34,895 bases of DNA from positions 1 through 34,895 of the forward strand of contig CAKZKZ010000535.1 in NCBI GenBank assembly GCA_937124495.1, given 5' to 3'. Origin of the DNA: an uncultured Dokdonia sp. (lineage in GTDB: Bacteria; Bacteroidota; Bacteroidia; Flavobacteriales; Flavobacteriaceae). The position numbers and the translations under genes are program-made. Below are positions 18,388 through 27,771 of this stretch, in pieces (the stretch's first letter is position 1; the number at the start of each line of letters is the position of its first letter). The notes beneath the pieces were generated by a model that was given only the letters and a program-made list of their open reading frames with translations, had not been told where the DNA came from and did no database searches.

Positions 18388-18474
18388 TGCGCTTTCGCGA
18401 AAGCTGTATAGTCAACAAACAGGAGTTTACTCTTCATTATTTTAAGGATTCTTGTCCTATACAATAGCATCGTA

Positions 18475-18936
18475 TTACTCAGATAAAGGAGCAATGAGTA
18501 ATTGTATCTTTTCTCTCATAAATTGATTAGCAATGTTAAAAATAGCTCCTAACACAATGACTATTTTTAAGGTAAACGACCATGTGTACTTTTTTTTAAT
18601 CTTCCCATTTTTCTCTGAACCACCTGTCTTTTTTTCTTTAGATTTTTTCTTATCTATATGTATGATTTTATGATTAGAATTTTCATTCATATAAGTTTCA
18701 TAATCAGGATATCCGATATACTTACAAAAAAAAGATACGGTCTCTGGATTTGGAGTGCTAATCGTATCTTTCTTTTCGATGTATCGTGAATAAGCCCTTT
18801 CTATGGTTTTAGGGTTTAGGGCATTTATTTCTTTTACTACCTGTTTTGCTAAAGCATATTTAGAATGCGATACACTTCCTTTTTTCGCTTTTTCAAATAC
18901 TTTTTGAACAATCCTTTCAATTTGCTTGTGATTCAT
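18475..18936 (-). CDS. Hypothetical protein with an N-terminal HTH-like domain and a C-terminal TM helix; possibly truncated
   Basis: SKYALAKQV...NPKTIERAYSRY...PNPETVSFFCKYIGYPDYETY has an Xre-like pattern; Lys-rich linker; hydrophobic IVIVLGAIFNIA. Divergent from the second two-component locus. Confidence 0.6.
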   Translation of the reverse strand: MNHKQIERIVQKVFEKAKKGSVSHSKYALAKQVVKEINALNPKTIERAYSRYIEKKDTISTPNPETVSFFCKYIGYPDYETYMNENSNHKIIHIDKKKSKEKKTGGSEKNGKIKKKYTWSFTLKIVIVLGAIFNIANQFMREKIQLLIAPLSE

Positions 18937-19004
18937 AGGGATAAGAAAATTATTCTCCAGACAAATACGAGGCCTTACGCCTTGCTATCGCCCGTATTTA
19001 TTGA

Positions 19005-19043
19005 TGTCTAAAACATGTCTAAAACCTGTCTGTATTCTGTCTA
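19005..19043. promoter_or_regulatory. Four TGTCT direct repeats at exact 11-bp spacing (operator array candidate)
   Basis: TGTCT at 19005, 19016, 19027 and 19038. Confidence 0.55.
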
Positions 19044-19131
19044 CAATAACTTTTCAAGCTTCTATTTTCTTTGTGACAAGAAATAGTTGCTGTTATGAAT
19101 TGCTAACATAACAATTGTACAAACCTACTTC

Positions 19132-19147
19132 TTACGGGAACCCGTAA
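19132..19147. promoter_or_regulatory. 16-bp palindrome TTACGGG-AA-CCCGTAA (regulator-binding site candidate)
   Basis: Perfect inverted repeat upstream of the lipoprotein/kinase/regulator genes. Confidence 0.45.
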
Positions 19148-19161
19148 AACAGTCTACTTAA

Positions 19162-19296
19162 AGACGATCGGAAAGTTACTTAGAGTAACTGTGATACGGA
19201 TTTCAACTTTCCAAAAACAAGGAGAACTCATTCGTGAGTAACGGGATTCTAGAACCCGTACAGTATATCTGAGATCGTCTCGGACAGGCACTCCTT
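19162..19296 (+). ncRNA. Candidate structured leader RNA, family not recognised
   Basis: Several nested complementary pairs and a UUCG-capped hairpin within 135 nt that is GC-richer than its surroundings (pairings listed in findings). Confidence 0.5.
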
Positions 19297-19322
19297 TTTC
19301 AAAATTCAAAATTTTTTAAGTG

Positions 19323-19484
19323 ATGAAAAAGTTATTTTTAATAGCCATAGTTTTTGGTGGTGTATTTTTTACTTCGTGTGACCCTCAACCTTTATCTGAA
19401 GAGTTTAAAATTCAATCTACCGAAGGAGAAGATGGGGAAATAGGAGGAGAGGAAGAGGAAGAACAACAAGAAGAAAATGGATAA
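19323..19484 (+). CDS. 53-aa small lipoprotein with an acidic tail (below the ORF track cutoff)
   Basis: MKKLFLIAIVFGGVFFTS-C-DPQPLSEEFKIQSTEGEDGEIGGEEEEEQQEENG*; signal peptide II with Cys19; followed by a terminator. Confidence 0.8.
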   Translation: MKKLFLIAIVFGGVFFTSCDPQPLSEEFKIQSTEGEDGEIGGEEEEEQQEENG

Positions 19485-19508
19485 TTTGTTTTCTTGCTAA
19501 TATTAATG

Positions 19509-19539
19509 AGGATGCGGAGGTTTTTTTCGCATCCTTTTT
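19509..19539 (+). terminator. Intrinsic terminator after the small lipoprotein
   Basis: AGGATGCGGA...TTCGCATCCT followed by TTTT. Confidence 0.75.
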
Positions 19540-19634
19540 GTATGTAGAAGAAATTAGATTTAAAAATCTAAATAAATAAAATATACCGTTTAGGGGATAA
19601 CAGCTAACTTAATATAAGTTAGTATTTTAGAGGT

Positions 19635-21680
19635 ATGAAAATAGCGCTAATTTCTACTTTTGTTTTTCTTGTTCTTTTAGCATTGAGTTGCGATAACCCA
19701 AAATATTCTGAGGATACCATGGTATCTACAGAAGAAAATCTTTTATTTCAAAAAAGTAAAAATAAAGAGTTAGACCTTCATGAGCGTTTAGCTGCCATAG
19801 ACTCCTTTCTCATAATGTCTAGAGCTTCGGCAGATACATTAAATATCTTAAAAGGATTGGGTCAAAAAACATATCTTTTAGGAGTTGGTGAAAAATATGA
19901 TATAGCGATTTCATCTAGTCACGAGTTATTGACTATAGCCGAGGCTAATAAAAACTCAAGACACATTAGGATAGGCTATGATAAAATTTCTAGATATTAT
20001 AGTAAAATTGAAGAGTATGATATGTCTATTTTTTATGCAGAAAAATTAGTAGAGTTTTCTAAAAAAGACAAAGATAGTAGTGCTCTTGCTAAAGCATATT
20101 TTAGAATAGGTACTTATAAACAAAAGCAACACAAACTATCTGAATCCTTTAGATACTTTAATGATGCATTTCTGATTAGAAGATCAAAAAAGGATAGTGT
20201 AAGAGCAATGAAGACATTATTACAAATGGCTCGAATTCAAAAAAAATTAAGCGATTACAGAGCAAGTCAAGTGACAGCTATTGATGGATTGGAATTTTTA
20301 AATGCATCTTCAAAAATAGAAGACATTGTAGGAATCTATCAAAATATTTCTGTGACAAATAGAGAGTTGGAAGATTACGAAGAAGCATTAAACTTTAATG
20401 GAAAGGCTTTAGATATAGAAACTAGGGATGAATATATTCTAACATTAAAAAATACACAAGCAAACATATTTTCTGATCTAGGAGAATATAAAAAAGCAGA
20501 AAATATTTTGAGAAGCCTTCTTTCTGATTCTCTTTTGATAAGTAATAAAAAAGAACGGGCTCGAATTTCTAGTAATTTAGGATATGTGAAATGGTTGGAA
20601 AATGAGACGAACAATGAATCTGAAGAATTATTACTATCAGGATTAAAACTTCGAGAAGAGGAAAAAGATATTTCAGGACTGATCGCTAGTTATACACACT
20701 TAACAAAATACTATACAAATATAAATAAGGAGTTAGCATTAGCATATGCAGAAAAAATATATAAAAATGCAAAGCGCTTAAATAATCGAATACAGATTAT
20801 AGAGAGTATACGCATGATTTCTTTATTAAAAAACGAACTCGGACAGTTTATATCAAATGAATTGACTATCGAACAGTCTAATGTTTATAAATATATCCAA
20901 AAGGCAAATAATGAAACAGAAAAGATATATGCTGATACAAAGTTTCAGAATACTCAACTTATAGAACAAAAACTACAAAGCGATGAAGAGAAGAAACGTC
21001 AAAAGTTAATATTTATAGGAATAGGCTTACTTCTATTAATATCTGCTGCTTTTTTATTCTTTCTTTTGAAATTAAAACATAAGAGAGAAAAAGCAAGAGA
21101 AGTCATTAAAGAAACCTACCAAACAGAAAGAAGACTTTCCAAAAAAGTACATGACGAGTTAGCCAATGATTTGTCTGACACCTTAAACTTAATAGATAGT
21201 CAGAAAGCGATTCCGAATGATATAAAAGAACAACTAGTTAACAAAATAGATGACCTGTATGATCGTACTCGTGATATTTCTGCAGAGATCGATGGTTTTG
21301 ATAGTAAAGATTTTGCTAGGAGTCTCAAGTTTTTAATTACACAGCACAATACAGAGGGGGTTAAAGTGATTACTAATGTCACGTCTGGAATTAATTGGGA
21401 TACCATATCAGATCATAAAAAAATAAATATCTATAGAAGTCTTCAAGAGTTGCTGGTCAATATGAAAAAGTACAGTAAAGCGACAGAGGTAACAGTGATT
21501 TTTAAATCAGAAGGGAAAAGACATTTTATAAACTATACTGATAACGGAGTTGGTGTGATTCTTAAGGATGTTCGAAAAAGAGGACTCCAAAATGTGGAAA
21601 CCCGTATAAAAAACATTCAAGGGAGTATTACTTTTAAGACATCGAAAGGAAAGGGTTTTAAAGCTCACCTTTATTTTTAA
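19635..21680 (+). CDS. TPR-repeat sensor histidine kinase with a lipoprotein-like signal
   Basis: LLALSC, TPRs, TM (IFIGIGLLLLISAAFLFFLL), ERRLSKKVHDELAN, QELLVNMKKYS, YTDNGVG. Confidence 0.9.
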   Translation: MKIALISTFVFLVLLALSCDNPKYSEDTMVSTEENLLFQKSKNKELDLHERLAAIDSFLIMSRASADTLNILKGLGQKTYLLGVGEKYDIAISSSHELLTIAEANKNSRHIRIGYDKISRYYSKIEEYDMSIFYAEKLVEFSKKDKDSSALAKAYFRIGTYKQKQHKLSESFRYFNDAFLIRRSKKDSVRAMKTLLQMARIQKKLSDYRASQVTAIDGLEFLNASSKIEDIVGIYQNISVTNRELEDYEEALNFNGKALDIETRDEYILTLKNTQANIFSDLGEYKKAENILRSLLSDSLLISNKKERARISSNLGYVKWLENETNNESEELLLSGLKLREEEKDISGLIASYTHLTKYYTNINKELALAYAEKIYKNAKRLNNRIQIIESIRMISLLKNELGQFISNELTIEQSNVYKYIQKANNETEKIYADTKFQNTQLIEQKLQSDEEKKRQKLIFIGIGLLLLISAAFLFFLLKLKHKREKAREVIKETYQTERRLSKKVHDELANDLSDTLNLIDSQKAIPNDIKEQLVNKIDDLYDRTRDISAEIDGFDSKDFARSLKFLITQHNTEGVKVITNVTSGINWDTISDHKKINIYRSLQELLVNMKKYSKATEVTVIFKSEGKRHFINYTDNGVGVILKDVRKRGLQNVETRIKNIQGSITFKTSKGKGFKAHLYF

Positions 21681-21699
21681 AATTTAATACCCCCTTCTT

Positions 21700-22353
21700 A
21701 TGTTTAAAAAAGTATTAATTGCCGAAGACCAAGACACCACTCACAGAGGAGTGGAAAGTATTTTAAAAGAGATTGTTGACACTGTTCAAAAAACGAAGTA
21801 TTGTGATGATGCACTCATAAAAATAAAAGCATCCGTACAAGAAAATAATCCATTTGAATTGTTAATCACAGATCTTCAATTTGATGAAGATCACAGAGAT
21901 CGTGATATTACTATTGGTGAAGATCTCATACTGCAAGCAAAAAAAGAGATTCCTGACTTGAAAATTATTGTCTTTTCTGTAGAGAAAGGAATCGGGAGAA
22001 TTAAAAAATTGTTTGAAGAGTATGGTATCAATGCCTTTGTAGCAAAGGGCAGAGATGAGTCTTTACACATCAAAAAAGCCTTGAAAGCGGTGAGTGCTCA
22101 AAAATCATATTGTACGCCAAGAATCAAACAACTTCTCAGAAGCGTAGACGATATTGATGAGATAGATAAAAATGATATTAAAATATTAAACTTTCTTTCT
22201 AGAGGCCTCTCTCAAAAACAAATTTCGGAGACGCTTATTCCACCTTGCAGCCTTAGCCGCGTTGAAAAAAACATAGGCAGATTAAAAGTACTTTTGGATG
22301 CAAAAAATCCGGTGCAACTTATTTCGTTAGCAAAAGATAGAGGAATTATATAA
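21700..22353 (+). CDS. Response regulator (receiver domain + LuxR-like HTH)
   Basis: LIAED, LLITDL, FVAKG; ILNFLSRGLSQKQIS...VEKNIGRLK. Confidence 0.9.
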   Translation: MFKKVLIAEDQDTTHRGVESILKEIVDTVQKTKYCDDALIKIKASVQENNPFELLITDLQFDEDHRDRDITIGEDLILQAKKEIPDLKIIVFSVEKGIGRIKKLFEEYGINAFVAKGRDESLHIKKALKAVSAQKSYCTPRIKQLLRSVDDIDEIDKNDIKILNFLSRGLSQKQISETLIPPCSLSRVEKNIGRLKVLLDAKNPVQLISLAKDRGII

Positions 22354-22472
22354 GACGATACATGTCTTATACGCTTTCGCGAAAGCGAACCCAATCTACT
22401 TTATATTTTAATGATGCATTTACCGTTATAAAATGTGTTAGTTATATATGTTTACGTAATCTTTAAAAGTAA

Positions 22473-23291
22473 TTATGCTGCCATAGGAAGAGTTTCTGGT
22501 TGTAAAATCATGACTTGTTGTGGAACTTCTGGAGTTACTTTTTGTATAGTAAGAAGTGGATAAATAGTATAAGACACCCAAATCTGTACTAACTTAACTG
22601 GAATCTGGATCGCATCTTTCATTCCTAATTTAGAATCGTCTACATGAACCCAACGTTGTAATGGTTGCTCGTACATTTTGGTCATAATTTCTTTAGATCC
22701 GAAGTGTTTCTTAAGACGTATGAAAATTTCTACATCAAATAACCATCTTGTTAAAAATGCTTTATCATATGCTAAAGGAATGGCACTTCTTCTAAATACT
22801 TTTGCACCACATTGTGTGTCTTCGATAGGTAAGCCAAGAATCATAAAAACAATCATTTTGATGATTTTGGAAAATAGATTTCTCATGACATTTCTTTCTA
22901 TCTGCCCATCACCTTTCCCCCTTGATCCATATACGAGCATAAGATCACCGTTTTTGTGCAAGGTATTGGTTAGACTTTTAAAATCATCAAAGTCTGTGGA
23001 GAGATCGGCATCTATAAAACCAATGTATTCGATGTCTTTTCGATTAAATAAATATCTAGAGCCATATCTTACGGCAGATGCTTTTCCTGCATTTTTCTTA
23101 ATATCTACAATACTTACTCTAGATCTAGCACTTTTTTGTATTGTCTCTAATACTTCTACTGTATTGTCTTTACTGCCATCATTTACAAAGCATAAATGAT
23201 AGTCTTCATGTGTGGTGATAAAGTTAATGAAAGCGTCTACAGGTAAACGTTTTGCTTCATTGTAACAAGGGATTATAATTCCAGTTTTCAT
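22473..23291 (-). CDS. GT2 glycosyltransferase, dolichyl/polyprenyl-phosphate glycosyltransferase-like
   Basis: IIIPCYNE, VNDGSKD, NAGKA, FIDADL, DTQCGAK, WLFDVE. A TAnnTTTG (TACTTTTG) -7 element lies at 23316-23323 on the minus strand. Confidence 0.9.
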   Translation of the reverse strand: MKTGIIIPCYNEAKRLPVDAFINFITTHEDYHLCFVNDGSKDNTVEVLETIQKSARSRVSIVDIKKNAGKASAVRYGSRYLFNRKDIEYIGFIDADLSTDFDDFKSLTNTLHKNGDLMLVYGSRGKGDGQIERNVMRNLFSKIIKMIVFMILGLPIEDTQCGAKVFRRSAIPLAYDKAFLTRWLFDVEIFIRLKKHFGSKEIMTKMYEQPLQRWVHVDDSKLGMKDAIQIPVKLVQIWVSYTIYPLLTIQKVTPEVPQQVMILQPETLPMAA

Positions 23292-23354
23292 GATATATTT
23301 ATTTTGATTTCTTTATCAAAAGTACTTGGCTGTTGCCTCCTTTTTGGAGTATAT

Positions 23355-23385
23355 TCGACGGATGACGCTTTTGTATAGGTGAATG
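23355..23385. promoter_or_regulatory. Tandem imperfect direct repeat, 21-bp period (LytTR-like site), copy 1
   Basis: TCGACGGATG-N11-TAGGTGAATG; the same motif occurs at 31562 and 33514. Confidence 0.6.
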
Positions 23386-23467
23386 AGAAAAAGGCATAGA
23401 TCACTATTTCTTTCAGAAAGGGAAGTTTGTTATATCTTTAAATTTCAAAAGAATAGCGTACGAGTAC

Positions 23468-26400
23468 ATGAAAGAAAGCACCAATAAATATTTGTTAATA
23501 GCCCTACTTATAGGACTTGCATTTCATGGTACATCTATATTTTTTACACTCGAATCAACCTATGACGCATTGATACATGTGTTCTTTGCAGATCATTACG
23601 CAAATAGTTGGTTTGAACCATGGAATTACAAATGGTATACAGGATTTACGGTAACAAGCTATCCTCCGTTGGTACATCAATCTATTGGAATATTATCTTT
23701 ATTAGGAGGATTGAAATTTGGTTTATTTACGATTGCCATTGTAAGTATCATTCTTTTTATAACGGGTGTATATAGGTTCTCGTTACTGATTACTTCCAAT
23801 AGAACCGTTGCAGGATATGCAGCAATACTCGCTGTATTTTCTTCCTCTTTTGTAGAAACATTGCATATTTTTGGGCAGCTACCTAGTATTATAGGCATCG
23901 CGGTACTCATGCATGCACTGCCAGAAATATACCTGTGGTTAAAAACAGGGAAATACCGCTATCTATTTACATCATTATCATTAATAGCAGTAACAGTCAC
24001 ATCACACCATGTAACTCCTATCTTTGGAATGATATTCTTTATTTTTCCATTAATAGGTATGGTGATTATAGATGTGTCGAGAGAACAGGTGACCACAATA
24101 AAAGCAGTTACTTTCAAAATTTTCATATACAGTTTTTTGAAATTGTTTAAGCGGATTGTTGGTTTTGGGATGTTATCGCTAGTTATTATTATAGGTTGTA
24201 TTCTTCCATACTGGATCAATTCGAAAAATAATCCAATTACACAAGTGCCTATTCCTCATGGGTCTCGAGATAGTTTTTTAGAAATTACTTCGTCTGGATT
24301 GGTTTTCTTTTTAATTCCTTGGGGAATATTATTGATTGTTTTGCCCTATATCTTTTATAGATACTATAGTAAACGGTATTTGTTTTTTGGACTTTCCATT
24401 ACACTACTTTTCATATTAGGAACAGGGGGAACAACTCCTATTCCTAGAATGATGTTAGGAGAAACAGCTTTTAATATTTTGACGTTGGACAGATTTACAC
24501 TGTGGGCGAGTATCATGGCATTGCCTATTTTTGGGGAGTTTGTATACCGATTTTCTGAAGGTGATTTAAAACAACGTATTCAATTAAAGTTTGGAGCGAT
24601 ATATCATCGTATTATTGGAGGTGTCTTGGCAGGATTATTTATTTTCATGACTATTTTCACTATCAGTTTAGGGTATTTTAGACCTTCACAGCCTCAAAAA
24701 ATAAAGATGCTGCCTATTGTGAATTTCCTTAATCAGGATGATCATGATCAATGGCGATTTTTAACATTGGGATTTGGAGATCAAATGGCTTGGTTATCTG
24801 CTCAAACCAATGCACTTTCTGTAGATGGTAATTATCATTCTGCACGGCGTTTACCAGAATTAACCACAAGGCCTATTGAACGTTTAGAAAATTCAAAATA
24901 TAAAGGTGTGGCAGGAATAGGCTCTTTGCAGCAGTTTTTGACAACACCAGAAAAATATAACCTTAAGTATATATTTTCTAATGATAAGTTTTATGATCCT
25001 GTATTATACTTCTGTGGATGGCAACGTTTACGGCAGTTAGAAAATGGAATTATGGTATGGGAACGCCTCAATATACAACCTATTCCAGCTGTTTTGCCTA
25101 AAGATAACATTGCTCAGTGGCAAAAAATACTCTGGGGGATTATGCCCTTTTTAACGGTCATTATAGCATTTATCCTCAACATTCAAATGTTATGGATTCG
25201 GATGTTAAAGACAAAAACAAAACCGATTCCTGCGTATTTAAATTTCAGGAATACATATACATTATTTCCAAAAAATCTACTCAGGGTAACGCATATTTGG
25301 TCTATTGTTTTAGGTGGATTGGTATGTTATGAAGTATATTTATTTTATATCAAAAATGATTCGCAACGAACTCCAGAAAATGCCATTATTGCCTATTATG
25401 ATGCTTTGGATTTTAAAGAATTTGAAAAGGCATATTCTTTAGTAGATGCAAAAGAAAATCTGTCAATAGCACAGTATATGTTAGAGATTTCTGTCACAGA
25501 TGGACTATTGAGTTCGTATGCCAAATTAGACCATATAGAGACTGTCATCATAGAGAATAGTGATACGTTGGTTACTGCCAAAGTCATCACTAATTGGATT
25601 ACACCACTGGAAAAAATACATCAAGAAGATCACAGGACATTAGTAAAGCATAACGGAAAATGGTTTATACAACATCAGGATTTGAACACGGATATTCCTC
25701 CAGACCAATTATATGCGTCTAATAGAACACGATATTTTAATCAAGGAAGAAGACGTGTCACTACAGAACAAACACATCATGAAGATGTTTTAAAACAACC
25801 TGTTTTAGAAATACTATCTGCAAAACTAGTACAGTATGATACCCATTTTGCGATTGTAGGAGAAGTGCAAAATTTAGAAAGCGTTCCAGCAGATGTTGTA
25901 CTAAAAGGAACACTATATAATGATGCAAATAAAGAATTAGCCACCTACAATGCAAAAGATTATGTGAAGCATAAATTAATGCCTAAAGAGATCAGTTCTT
26001 TTAGAATTGACTTTGAAGGTATTGCTTGGTCTAGAACAAAAGATTCGATTCCTAAAGCATTTAATCCTGATGAGTTCACTCCAGTTGAGTTTGAAGAACA
26101 ACCCACAAAGTTTAATTTACAAGCAGCGGGTAATGTATCTGGATCAGATTTATATAAAGAGGTATCACTAAGTGCTATTTCTATTGGTGAGAAAAAGATT
26201 ACTGGAAATGTGTTTAATAGTGGAATAGAAGAAGTTACAGTCCCTCAACTTTTGGTGACCTATTATGATAAAGATAAAACCTTACTTTGGGTAGATCATG
26301 TATTTATAAAAGAAGGAATTAGACAACAACGCCAACAAAAATTTGAGTATACTCTTTTAAAGGAAGGAACCATACGTATTGTAAATGATTCTATGGAAAA

Positions 26401-26557
26401 TATTTTTGTAAATGGTTTACCTAATGAAGGAATTTCTAATAAAATAGTTCCCGATAGAATTGAAAATCATGCCGCCACAGAGTTACAAAAAATTGAACAC
26501 CCCAATTATGCGTATATTAAAATTGAAATGAACTCCTATATCGGAAACCCTAAGTAA
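23468..26557 (+). CDS. Large polytopic membrane protein with a GT-C-like (PTPS-related membrane protein type) N-terminus and an extracytoplasmic C-terminus
   Basis: YD..IH...WNYKWYTG...SYPPL loop after TM1, more than 10 TM segments, soluble C-terminal ~400 aa. Confidence 0.65.
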   Translation: MKESTNKYLLIALLIGLAFHGTSIFFTLESTYDALIHVFFADHYANSWFEPWNYKWYTGFTVTSYPPLVHQSIGILSLLGGLKFGLFTIAIVSIILFITGVYRFSLLITSNRTVAGYAAILAVFSSSFVETLHIFGQLPSIIGIAVLMHALPEIYLWLKTGKYRYLFTSLSLIAVTVTSHHVTPIFGMIFFIFPLIGMVIIDVSREQVTTIKAVTFKIFIYSFLKLFKRIVGFGMLSLVIIIGCILPYWINSKNNPITQVPIPHGSRDSFLEITSSGLVFFLIPWGILLIVLPYIFYRYYSKRYLFFGLSITLLFILGTGGTTPIPRMMLGETAFNILTLDRFTLWASIMALPIFGEFVYRFSEGDLKQRIQLKFGAIYHRIIGGVLAGLFIFMTIFTISLGYFRPSQPQKIKMLPIVNFLNQDDHDQWRFLTLGFGDQMAWLSAQTNALSVDGNYHSARRLPELTTRPIERLENSKYKGVAGIGSLQQFLTTPEKYNLKYIFSNDKFYDPVLYFCGWQRLRQLENGIMVWERLNIQPIPAVLPKDNIAQWQKILWGIMPFLTVIIAFILNIQMLWIRMLKTKTKPIPAYLNFRNTYTLFPKNLLRVTHIWSIVLGGLVCYEVYLFYIKNDSQRTPENAIIAYYDALDFKEFEKAYSLVDAKENLSIAQYMLEISVTDGLLSSYAKLDHIETVIIENSDTLVTAKVITNWITPLEKIHQEDHRTLVKHNGKWFIQHQDLNTDIPPDQLYASNRTRYFNQGRRRVTTEQTHHEDVLKQPVLEILSAKLVQYDTHFAIVGEVQNLESVPADVVLKGTLYNDANKELATYNAKDYVKHKLMPKEISSFRIDFEGIAWSRTKDSIPKAFNPDEFTPVEFEEQPTKFNLQAAGNVSGSDLYKEVSLSAISIGEKKITGNVFNSGIEEVTVPQLLVTYYDKDKTLLWVDHVFIKEGIRQQRQQKFEYTLLKEGTIRIVNDSMENIFVNGLPNEGISNKIVPDRIENHAATELQKIEHPNYAYIKIEMNSYIGNPK

Positions 26558-27771
26558 TGAAGCATACCCAAATATATATATACGTGATGCTGTGGTTATT
26601 TGTATCTACTATTGCTATTGGACAAGATAGTAACCAAGATGGTACAATAACCTTACTTACTACACAAAGGGGTTTTGAAGTAGGGAGCGATATTGTAGTT
26701 CAATTTTCTTCCTCAGATGAGGTGTCACCTTTACTGTATTGTTCTAATAGTTATAGTACCATACTCATTCCACCTAGTGTAGAAAATGAAATACTCAGTT
26801 ATAAAATCCCTGATTTCATTACTAATAAATCAGGAATAATTAACTGGAAATTGGCCGATTATGCTACTATTTCAGGTTCATTTAGGATGCACTCAAAAAA
26901 AGAAGTAGCTACGATGGAGACGTATATTGGGCCGCCGACGATAGAAGCTGGAGGCACCGATTATACGATGCTCGTGGTGATTCCTACAGATTCGTTGGAT
27001 AACCCGTTGCCAGAAAATACAGCATTGACAACGGCGTATCAATTTTTAAACACTCAAAAAGAAGAAGATATTGTCACGAATAACATCATAGCTTATAAAA
27101 ATATATACTCTGAAAAGAAAAGTGGCCGATTATTTATCTCTTCCGAATGTTTAGACATACATTCAACAGAGTATACGATTGATGTACTTCCAGCCATACC
27201 GACAGATTTTACCATTTCGGTAGATCGATCTCATAATTATGCGGATGGGAACCAAATCACTTCCTTTTATACTTCTATACTAAGAGACACTCACAACAAC
27301 ATTGTAAGTGACGGAACCTTTGTTACTTTTTTTATAAGGAATAAGGATGGAAATATCTTAAAATCCTCAGGAACTACTGTACAAGGAATTGCAACGTCTA
27401 AGATGATTCATCCAGATCACGAAGATCGATGGGTTGTCAAGGCATACGTACAAGGGATGGCAGAAAGTGAATCTATCACTGTAGACTATCAGCAAGTTGT
27501 TAAAGATGTTGAGATTGCTTTCGCGAAAGCGAATAGAGAAATTAAAGTAGGTCCATTACAAAGTTTTATGGGACAAATGATCCCTGACGGATTTCAAGTG
27601 TCTCTGGAGGTATATAAAAATGAGAGCTTATTGAAAACATATACTAAGACGTCTAAAGGTGGGTTTGTCTCTTTTAATGTAAAGAAAGACATTTTTAAAA
27701 ATGACACCTACACTTTGAAGATAAAGACAGCTGGCTTAGAAAAAAACTACCCAAACATAAAGCTATGGTAA
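26557..27771 (+). CDS. Exported hypothetical protein with Ig-like beta domains
   Basis: Signal peptide; ADG...LRDTHNNIVSDGTFVTF resembles Big_1/invasin-type repeats; translationally coupled to the upstream gene. Confidence 0.65.
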   Translation: MKHTQIYIYVMLWLFVSTIAIGQDSNQDGTITLLTTQRGFEVGSDIVVQFSSSDEVSPLLYCSNSYSTILIPPSVENEILSYKIPDFITNKSGIINWKLADYATISGSFRMHSKKEVATMETYIGPPTIEAGGTDYTMLVVIPTDSLDNPLPENTALTTAYQFLNTQKEEDIVTNNIIAYKNIYSEKKSGRLFISSECLDIHSTEYTIDVLPAIPTDFTISVDRSHNYADGNQITSFYTSILRDTHNNIVSDGTFVTFFIRNKDGNILKSSGTTVQGIATSKMIHPDHEDRWVVKAYVQGMAESESITVDYQQVVKDVEIAFAKANREIKVGPLQSFMGQMIPDGFQVSLEVYKNESLLKTYTKTSKGGFVSFNVKKDIFKNDTYTLKIKTAGLEKNYPNIKLW

